Source: Rummeliibacillus stabekisii
Lineage (GTDB): Bacteria > Bacillota > Bacilli > Bacillales_A > Planococcaceae
Length of the DNA stretch: 32,000 nt
NCBI RefSeq assembly: GCF_007988965.1
Contig: NZ_BJVD01000007.1
Location: 66,625 to 98,624 of the forward strand
Reading direction: 5' to 3'
A program made the position numbers and the translations under genes. The notes beneath the pieces were generated by a model. The model was not told the DNA's origin. It ran no database searches and worked only from the letters and a program-made list of their open reading frames with translations. Each line of letters opens with the position of its first letter. Within the stretch, counting starts at the first letter, position 1. Below are positions 17,638-24,513 of this stretch, piece after piece.

Positions 17638-18846
17638 ATGAAACAAGCAGTAAATGCACAAGTTTTTTCGCGCAATAAATTATTGGGCGTTGCAGGTGTA
17701 GGATGGTTATTTGATGCACTCGATGTAGGTATTTTATCTTTCGTTATTGCGGCACTTGCAAGCGATTGGGGGTTAACCTCGGAACAGATGGGGTGGATTG
17801 GTAGCATTAACTCGATCGGCATGGCCGTAGGAGCGTTAGTATTTGGTATTTTTGCAGATCGTGTCGGCCGTAAGTCTGTCTTTGTTTGGACATTAATCAT
17901 TTTTTCAGTAGGAAGCGGAATATCTGCATTTGCTTCTTCACTAGCCATTTTTATGGCATTACGTTTTGTGATTGGTATGGGACTAGGAGGAGAACTCCCA
18001 GTGGCATCCACTTTGGTATCTGAAAGTGTGGAAGCGAAAGAAAGAGGAAGGGTAGTCGTATTGCTGGAAAGCTTTTGGGCAGTAGGCTGGCTACTTGCAG
18101 CGGTAATTTCATATTTTGTCATTCCGCATTATGGCTGGCGTGTTGCATTGTTGTTAACGGCGCTTCCAGCATTATACGCAGTTTACCTTCGTCTCCGTTT
18201 GCCAGATTCGCCCCAGTATGAGGAGAAAAAAGAGAAAAGAAGCGTGCTACAAAATTTAGCAGCTGTTTGGTCTAAACCTTATGCAAAGCAAACAATCATG
18301 CTATGGATCGTATGGTTTACGGTTGTATTCTCGTATTATGGTATTTTCTTATGGCTTCCGAGCGTTATGGTGGTAAAAGGGTTTAGCCTGATAAAAAGTT
18401 TTGAGTACGTATTAATCATGACATTAGCTCAATTGCCAGGTTATTTTACAGCTGCTTGGCTGATTGAAAAGTGGGGAAGGAAATGGGTGCTTTCTGTGTA
18501 CCTGCTAGGCACGGCATTTAGTTCACTAGCATTTGGTCTGGCTGATAGCACTTGGCTTTTAATGGTTTCGGGAATGCTACTTTCTTTCTTTAACCTCGGA
18601 GCATGGGGTGCACTCTATGCTTATACACCAGAACAATATCCGACCGTGATAAGGGGCACAGGTGTCGGCATGGCAGCATCGGTAGGGAGATTAGGCGGCA
18701 TCTTTGGACCATTGCTTGTTGGATCACTAATGGCAGGAGGCATATCGATTGGTTGGATATTCTCTATCTTCTGCCTTGCTATATTAATCGGTATCTTAGC
18801 TGTAATAGTACTTGGAAAGGAAACAAAGCAAACAATTATTAATTAA
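17638..18846 (+). CDS. niaP: MFS transporter, NiaP/YceI-like (putative niacin/nicotinamide permease)
   Basis: 12-TM MFS. The N-terminal LGVAGVGWLFDALDVGILSFV...GWIGSINSIGMAVGALVFGIFADRVGRKSVF matches my recollection of B. subtilis YceI/NiaP. The start is uncertain between the ATG at 17638 (placed here) and the ATG at 17620. Confidence 0.65.
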   Translation: MKQAVNAQVFSRNKLLGVAGVGWLFDALDVGILSFVIAALASDWGLTSEQMGWIGSINSIGMAVGALVFGIFADRVGRKSVFVWTLIIFSVGSGISAFASSLAIFMALRFVIGMGLGGELPVASTLVSESVEAKERGRVVVLLESFWAVGWLLAAVISYFVIPHYGWRVALLLTALPALYAVYLRLRLPDSPQYEEKKEKRSVLQNLAAVWSKPYAKQTIMLWIVWFTVVFSYYGIFLWLPSVMVVKGFSLIKSFEYVLIMTLAQLPGYFTAAWLIEKWGRKWVLSVYLLGTAFSSLAFGLADSTWLLMVSGMLLSFFNLGAWGALYAYTPEQYPTVIRGTGVGMAASVGRLGGIFGPLLVGSLMAGGISIGWIFSIFCLAILIGILAVIVLGKETKQTIIN

Positions 18847-18858
18847 AAAGTAATTTTT

Positions 18859-18890
18859 AGGGACTAGCATAGGTTGCTAGTCCTTTTTTG
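18859..18890 (+). terminator. Rho-independent terminator after the NiaP-like gene
   Basis: GGACTAGCA / TGCTAGTCC stem with a 5-nt loop, followed by TTTTTTG. Confidence 0.85.
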
Positions 18891-19009
18891 TAATTATTTT
18901 TATTTAGAAAGATTAAATTCGAAACAAAAAGGGAACAAATTACCTTAAAGAGCAATTTTTTATTCAACAAATTGCTATGTAATTTTATGTATTTAAGGGA
19001 GGTAACAAA

Positions 19010-19756
19010 TTGAGCAATGACAATCAAAAAGATATCTCAAGACGGGATTTCTTGAAAACAACTGGTATTGCAACAGGAACTTTGATCGGCGGAGGTTTAA
19101 TCGGTGGCTTGATCGGCTACAATTCGAAAAAAACTGCCGCACCGTCTAAAACTAACCAGTCACATTCGAACAAAACATCTGAGACTAGCCAAGGGAAGAT
19201 GTACTTTACAACAGATGCAGATTTTAATGTTTTAGCAGCTGCTACGGAACGTATTTTTCCAAAGGATGATTTAGGTGGCGGAGCTATTGATCTTGGCGTC
19301 CCTTATTTTATTGACCGTCAGCTGGCAGGTCAATATGGCAGTAATTCGAAAGAATATATGCAAGGACCTTTCCATGATGGATCCCCAACGCAAGGCTATC
19401 AAACACGTTTAACGCGAGCAGAGATTTTCTCTGAAGGCGTTTCTAAGCTGGAACAAGAAGCGCAAAAACGCTATAAAAAAGGTTTTACTGATATTTCGGA
19501 TAAAGAGCGTGACGTGATTTTAACGGCATTCCAAAAAGATAAGGTGAAGATGAAAGGCGTATCTGCCGCATTCTTCTTTAATTTGCTCCGGTCAGCAACC
19601 ATTGAGGGCGCGTATGCCGATCCTCTATATGGAGGCAATCGCAATATGGAAGGATGGAAGATGAAAGGTTTCCCTGGACATCAAATGTCCTATATCAATG
19701 TGATTGAAAAAGAGGGATTCCAAAAAATTGCACCAAAATCTTTAGGTATGCATTAA
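19010..19756 (+). CDS. Gluconate 2-dehydrogenase subunit 3-family small subunit with twin-arginine signal
   Basis: TTG start 6 nt after AAGGGAGGT. The Tat motif SRRDFLK is followed by the hydrophobic stretch TTGIATGTLIGGGLIGGLIG. The size and the C-terminal GGNRNMEGWK pattern fit the small-subunit family. Confidence 0.8.
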   Translation: MSNDNQKDISRRDFLKTTGIATGTLIGGGLIGGLIGYNSKKTAAPSKTNQSHSNKTSETSQGKMYFTTDADFNVLAAATERIFPKDDLGGGAIDLGVPYFIDRQLAGQYGSNSKEYMQGPFHDGSPTQGYQTRLTRAEIFSEGVSKLEQEAQKRYKKGFTDISDKERDVILTAFQKDKVKMKGVSAAFFFNLLRSATIEGAYADPLYGGNRNMEGWKMKGFPGHQMSYINVIEKEGFQKIAPKSLGMH

Positions 19757-19771
19757 TAGGGGGTATGGATT

Positions 19772-21481
19772 ATGGCGAAAACATTGCCAAAGGTTGATGT
19801 AGTAACAGTCGGTGTAGGCTGGACAGGCGGAATTGTAGCCGCAGAATGTACAAAAGCAGGATTGAAAGTAGTTGGCTTGGAAAGAGGTAAAGAGCGTGGA
19901 ACCAAAAACTTTGCGAACGTCCACGATGAATACCGTTATGCTATTCGATATGAATTGATGCAAGATTTATCAAAAGAAACAGTTACCTTCCGTAACAACC
20001 GTAAACAACAAGCTTTGCCGATGCGCCAACTAGGTTCATTCCTGTTGGGTGAAGGGCTAGGCGGCGCTGGTACTCACTGGAATGGACAAACATTCCGTTT
20101 CTTACCGTATGATTTTAAAATTAAATCTATTACTGATAAAAAGTATGGAAAGAATTTCTTAGGATCCGATTACATCCTGCAAGATTGGGGGATGGATTAT
20201 GATCAAATAGAGCCATACTACGATAAATTTGAAAAAATAGCCGGTATTAGCGGTGAAAAAAATCCACTTGGTGGCAAACGATCAGATGATTATCCAACAA
20301 AGCCGATGAAAAAGACACCTCTGTTGAAAAAGTTCGAGACTGCAACTAAAAAAATGGGGTATCACCCGTACATGATGCCATCTGCGAACCTATCTGCACC
20401 GTACAAAAACCAATATGATCAAAATATTAATGCATGCCAATATTGTGGTTTCTGCGAACGTTTTGGCTGTGAGTATGGCGCGAAAGCAACGCCGGAAGTA
20501 AGTGTTATTCCAGCAGCATTAAAAACGGGTAAATATGAAATTCGCTTTAACTCAAATGTTGTAGAAGTTCTTACTAAAGGAAATAAAGCAACAGGCGTAA
20601 GATATATTGATTCTGTAACAGGAGAAGAATATATTCAACCAGCAGATGTGGTTGTTCTCAGCGCATTTATGATGAATAACGCTAAATTGCTGATGATCTC
20701 TAAAATTGGTACTATGTATGACCCGAATACAGGTAAAGGAACTTTAGGGCGTAATTATTGCTATCAAATTATGCCAGGTGCAACTGGTTTTTATGATGAG
20801 CAATTTAATACATTTATGGGTGCTGGTGCACTAGGTGAATGTTTAGATGACTTTAATGGCGATAACTTTGACCACTCTAAACTAGGTTTTATTCACGGTG
20901 CGAATATTGCATTAACCCAAATTGGTTTACGTCCAATTGGGAACAACCCAACGCATGCCGATACACCGACATGGGGAGCTGAGTTTAAGAAAGAATCAAT
21001 CCAAAACTATACGCGTTCATTGTCTGTTGGTGGACAAGGTGCTTCAATCGCACATAAAGAAAACTACTTAACATTGGATCCGAAATATAAAGACGCATAT
21101 GGCGTGCCTTTATTGCAAGTAAACTATAACTTTACTGATCAAGATCGTAAACTGCACCACTTTATTTCTAAAAAATGTGGCGATATTCTAAAACAAATGG
21201 ATGCCAAAAAAGTAGAAGTTCGTGCAGATCTAACGGATTATAGCATCGTCCCTTATCAATCAACACATAACACAGGTGGTACTGTAATGAGTAAAACACC
21301 TGAGGATGGGGTAGTTAATAATTACTTACAACACTGGGATTGCGAAAATCTATTCGCAGTGGGTGCTGGTTCATTCCCGAATAACTCAGGTTATAACCCT
21401 ACTGACACTGTTGGCGCTTTAGCGCTTCGCTGTTCTGAAGGGATTATCAAGTATAGCAAAAAAGGTGGATCTTTGGTTTAA
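19772..21481 (+). CDS. GMC-family FAD oxidoreductase (gluconate 2-dehydrogenase flavoprotein-like large subunit)
   Basis: RBS AGGGGG. N-terminal FAD fold VVTVGVGWTGG with no signal peptide. It has GMC N- and C-domain length (569 aa) and sits directly downstream of the small subunit. Confidence 0.85.
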   Translation: MAKTLPKVDVVTVGVGWTGGIVAAECTKAGLKVVGLERGKERGTKNFANVHDEYRYAIRYELMQDLSKETVTFRNNRKQQALPMRQLGSFLLGEGLGGAGTHWNGQTFRFLPYDFKIKSITDKKYGKNFLGSDYILQDWGMDYDQIEPYYDKFEKIAGISGEKNPLGGKRSDDYPTKPMKKTPLLKKFETATKKMGYHPYMMPSANLSAPYKNQYDQNINACQYCGFCERFGCEYGAKATPEVSVIPAALKTGKYEIRFNSNVVEVLTKGNKATGVRYIDSVTGEEYIQPADVVVLSAFMMNNAKLLMISKIGTMYDPNTGKGTLGRNYCYQIMPGATGFYDEQFNTFMGAGALGECLDDFNGDNFDHSKLGFIHGANIALTQIGLRPIGNNPTHADTPTWGAEFKKESIQNYTRSLSVGGQGASIAHKENYLTLDPKYKDAYGVPLLQVNYNFTDQDRKLHHFISKKCGDILKQMDAKKVEVRADLTDYSIVPYQSTHNTGGTVMSKTPEDGVVNNYLQHWDCENLFAVGAGSFPNNSGYNPTDTVGALALRCSEGIIKYSKKGGSLV

Positions 21482-21535
21482 CCAATAACCTTCTCTAAAG
21501 CTAAATCAAAAATCAAATAAAAGGAGTGATGCATC

Positions 21536-21751
21536 ATGGGCATAGGTGCCATTGGTATTCCTGGATTAATCATTATTTTAGTCATTGTACTTATCGTTTT
21601 TGGTCCAAAAAAATTGCCGGAGATTGGTTCTGCAGTAGGCAAAACTTTCTCTGAGTTTAAAAAATCTACTCAAGGCCTAATGGATGAACATGAAGAACCT
21701 AAAAAGGAAACGATCACAACTGTCAAAGTAAAGGATAAAAACGAAATTTAA
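21536..21751 (+). CDS. tatA: Twin-arginine translocase protein TatA/E
   Basis: RBS AAGGAG. One TM helix followed by [10 protein letters not shown] and an amphipathic helix. 71 aa. Confidence 0.9.
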   Translation: MGIGAIGIPGLIIILVIVLIVFGPKKLPEIGSAVGKTFSEFKKSTQGLMDEHEEPKKETITTVKVKDKNEI

Positions 21752-21766
21752 TTAGAGGGTGTTCGT

Positions 21767-22651
21767 ATGGATCCGTATGAAGAAAATAAAAAGAAAGTAC
21801 TTAGCCCTTTGGATAAATTAGACGAAAGCGAATACGAAGGGAGCGAAGAGGCTGCGGCTGTTGAGCCCGTCTCCCCAGCTCCTTCCGCCTCTCTCGAGAT
21901 CGAAGAGGAGCAGGGATTGGAAAGCTCCTTTAGGGATACGAGCGAAGCATTTGTTGAACATCTGGCGGAACTTAGAAAACAACTTATCAAAGGGTTAGCT
22001 GTTTTTCTCTTTTTCTTTATTCTTGTATTTGCGACAGTCAACAAATGGCTTCCGTATGTAACAAGAGGGCACGACTTAGTCATCTTAGGGCCTCTTGAAG
22101 TTGTTAAATTTTATATGTCCATCTCTACAACAGTTGCTGTAGGACTTTCATTGCCATTCTTAATGCACTTTATATGGTCATTTATAAAACCGGGTTTAAA
22201 AGAAAACGAAAAAGGTTTTCTTGGTTTATATTCGCCCGTTATGCTTCTGTTATTTCTCTTAGGGGTGGCTTTCGGCTATTTTGTCATTAACCCAATTAGC
22301 TACCATTTCCTTGTAGGCATAGGCGAATCGAATTTCAACGTAATGATCTCAGCAGCTCAGTACATGAGCTATCTCATCATGACGACAGTCCCAATTGGAT
22401 TATTGTTTGAATTACCGATTATTGCTATGTTTTTATCGACAATAGGCGTTCTAACATCAGATACGATGAAGAATATTCGAAAATGGTCTTACGTTATTAT
22501 GGCCGTTTTCTCAGCACTTATAACACCGCCTGATTTTATGAGCCAATTGTTGGTACTCGTACCGATGGTTCTTCTTTATGAGATCAGTATATATATCGTG
22601 AAGAAATTGGAAAGAAAAAGAGAATTACAAGAAGAAAGTTTTAGTTCATAA
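21767..22651 (+). CDS. tatC: Twin-arginine translocase subunit TatC (start ambiguous: ATG 21767 or in-frame TTG 21917)
   Basis: The canonical TatC N-terminus FVEHLAELRKQLIK begins only at about residue 62 of the long ORF. Six TM segments follow. Both candidate starts have good RBSs: GAGGGTG before 21767 and GAGGAG before 21917. Confidence 0.85.
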   Translation: MDPYEENKKKVLSPLDKLDESEYEGSEEAAAVEPVSPAPSASLEIEEEQGLESSFRDTSEAFVEHLAELRKQLIKGLAVFLFFFILVFATVNKWLPYVTRGHDLVILGPLEVVKFYMSISTTVAVGLSLPFLMHFIWSFIKPGLKENEKGFLGLYSPVMLLLFLLGVAFGYFVINPISYHFLVGIGESNFNVMISAAQYMSYLIMTTVPIGLLFELPIIAMFLSTIGVLTSDTMKNIRKWSYVIMAVFSALITPPDFMSQLLVLVPMVLLYEISIYIVKKLERKRELQEESFSS

Positions 22652-22656
22652 ATAGG

Positions 22657-22698
22657 AAAAGCTTGTTGATCAGGAATAGCGGGTCAGCAAGCTTTTTT
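22657..22698 (+). terminator. Rho-independent terminator after tatC
   Basis: AAAAGCTTGTTGA / TCAGCAAGCTTTT stem with a G-U pair, followed by TTTCT. Confidence 0.75.
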
Positions 22699-22712
22699 CT
22701 GCTTATGCTGCT

Positions 22713-23159
22713 GAGCCGAGATAATTAGAGTTTCTGTAATAGAGGAGCGAGTGGCCGTAATTTCATCGTGAGTGTCTGAATAATTGGTTGAGTGTCCGTA
22801 ATAGAGCAGCGAGTGACCAAAAAAGGTAGTTGAGTGGCCCTAATCGAGACGAGTGGCCGTAATTTCATCGTGAGTGACCTGAATAATTGGTTGAGTGTCC
22901 GTAATAGAGGAGTGAGTGACCAAAAAAGGTAGTTGAGTGGCCCTAATCGAGGCGAGTGACCGTAATTTCATCGTGAGTGACCTGAATAATCGGATGAGTG
23001 TCTGTAATAGAGGAGCGAGTGACCAAAAAAGGTAGTTGAGTGGCCCTAATCGAGACGAGTGACCGTAATTTCATCGTGAGTGACCTGAATAATCGGATGA
23101 GTGTCCGTAATAGAGGAGTGAGTGACCTCAATAACCGGTTAAGTGACCCCAATCCCCTC
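22713..23159. repeat. Non-coding higher-order tandem repeat: five about 19-21-bp monomers (core GAGTGNCCNNAAT) forming a 102-103-bp unit, with 4 full copies plus a degenerate left remnant
   Basis: Unit starts at 22749, 22851, 22954 and 23057. Monomer order is conserved in every unit: ...CCGTAATTTCATCGT / ...CCTGAATAATYGGWT / ...GTAATAGAGSAGY / ...CCAAAAAAGGTAGTT / ...CCCTAATCGAGRC. By eye the units are about 94-95% identical. The last two monomers (23120-23159) and the left edge (22713-22748) are degenerate. Confidence 0.95.
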
Positions 23160-23353
23160 GAGACTTTCCGATAGGTTTGCCGTATGTAACAGCAGGGCAT
23201 AAATCCTAATAATTGCAAATACAATTCCTTAAGGAGTAATAGTTTATTGAAAGCGAATACATCGAAATTCGTTAATTTATACGATTTATTTTTATAATTT
23301 ACATGCATGTCCGTCAATTTCTAGAAAGGCTATTTAACGATAAAGGATGGGGT

Positions 23354-24487
23354 ATGATGAAAGAAAAGTTAAAGGAAATAGAGTCGAAGCTCAAGGGAAT
23401 ATTTCAACATCTGCACGCTAATCCGGAAATCGCGTGGGAGGAATACCGCACAACAGAATATATTGAATCGTTATTGCAAGAAGAAGGTTATAAGGTCCAT
23501 ACATTAAAAGACAGTACGGGTCTGTATGTTGAGATCGGGGAAGGCAAGCCGGTTGTTGGTTTAAGGACAGATATGGATGCCCTTTGGCAGGAAGTAGACG
23601 GGGAAATGCGAGCCAATCATTCATGTGGACATGATGGGCACATGACTATGATTATTGGGGTGCTACTTCTTATGAAAAAGTTGTCAATCGAGTGGAAGGG
23701 AACCTTGCGTGTTTTATTCCAACCGGCTGAGGAAAAGGGACAAGGGGCTCTTTCCTTTGTGGAACGGGGATTGATCGATGATGTAGATTATTTGTTTGGT
23801 GTACATTTGCGTCCTATACAGGAGCTCGAAGATGGCACTTTTTCGCCGGCCATCCATCATGGCGCATCCATGACTATTTCCTCGGAAATTTATGGTGTTG
23901 AAGCTCATGCTGCAAGGCCGCATTTAGGTAAGAACGCAATCGAAGTGGGGAGCAGCCTAGTAGAAGCTTTAAAATCCATTCGTATCGATTCAATGATTCC
24001 CTATTCCGCAAAGGTGACGGTTTTCCAGGCTGGAGGCAGATCAGGCAATATCATACCCGGCAAAGCATTCATTAACGTGGATGTAAGAGCCCAAACGAAC
24101 GAAGGCATGCAAGAGTTATATAAAGATATTCAGCGCATTGTTAAAGGAGTTAGTACTTTATATGAAGCGAATATTGAGTTAAAGGTTTTGACTGATATAG
24201 CGGCAGCGAAAGTAAATGAGGAAGCGGAAGAGATTCTAAAACACGCGATTATAGAGTCTGTCGGTGAAGAAAAACTAAGGCCTGCCCTCTTTACACCAGG
24301 AGGGGAAGACTTCCATTTTTACAGCAAATTGAGGCCACATATTAAAGCTACTATGCTAGGATTAGGGTGTGGTTTATCCCCAGGGCTACATCACCCTGAT
24401 ATGACATTCAACCATGCCCAGCTTTTGCCTGGAGTTGAAATACTAACGAGATCAGTTTTAAAAGCAACTGGTTCAACAGTCAAATAA
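23354..24487 (+). CDS. M20D-family amidohydrolase (N-acyl/N-succinyl amino acid hydrolase type)
   Basis: ATG at 23354 (or 23357) after AAAGGATGGGG. Metal-site motif HSCGHDGH. LHANPEIAWEE and GLRTDMDAL are typical of M20D aminoacylase/hippuricase-like enzymes. Confidence 0.8.
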   Translation: MMKEKLKEIESKLKGIFQHLHANPEIAWEEYRTTEYIESLLQEEGYKVHTLKDSTGLYVEIGEGKPVVGLRTDMDALWQEVDGEMRANHSCGHDGHMTMIIGVLLLMKKLSIEWKGTLRVLFQPAEEKGQGALSFVERGLIDDVDYLFGVHLRPIQELEDGTFSPAIHHGASMTISSEIYGVEAHAARPHLGKNAIEVGSSLVEALKSIRIDSMIPYSAKVTVFQAGGRSGNIIPGKAFINVDVRAQTNEGMQELYKDIQRIVKGVSTLYEANIELKVLTDIAAAKVNEEAEEILKHAIIESVGEEKLRPALFTPGGEDFHFYSKLRPHIKATMLGLGCGLSPGLHHPDMTFNHAQLLPGVEILTRSVLKATGSTVK

Positions 24488-24513
24488 TGAAACGAATATA
24501 GGTGAGTTTAAAG

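Noticed and set aside
17565-18122. 185-aa minus-strand ORF antisense to the NiaP-like MFS gene. Similar long antisense ORFs occur at 6872-7357, 8765-9157, 14186-14545, 5859-6221, 21748-22083, 26166-26609, 27031-27300 and 29966-30325.
   Set aside because: All are shadow ORFs inside genes that have strong family motifs on the opposite strand. They lack RBSs and have low-complexity or atypical composition.
22713-23159. Possible CRISPR array (regular repeats with variable tails).
   Set aside because: The 'repeats' are only 13 nt and the 'spacers' only 6-8 nt. The spacers themselves recur in fixed order every 103 bp. There is no palindromic repeat, no leader and no cas genes in the window.
23231-23297. 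Possible 16-aa leader peptide (TTG at 23247, MKANTSKFVNLYDLFL) after AAGGAG, upstream of the M20 gene.
   Set aside because: The RBS-to-start spacing is long (10 nt), the start is non-ATG, the sequence has no conserved features, and no associated attenuator structure is present. The evidence is insufficient.
22943-23317. 124-aa minus-strand ORF running through two units of the tandem repeat (LRSLTPLLRTLIRLFRSLT...).
   Set aside because: It is an artefact of the repeat. The 103-bp period is not a multiple of 3, so the frame changes with every unit and the ORF is terminated in the next copy. It has no RBS and a low-complexity periodic sequence. Its start lies inside the promoter/5' region of the M20 gene.
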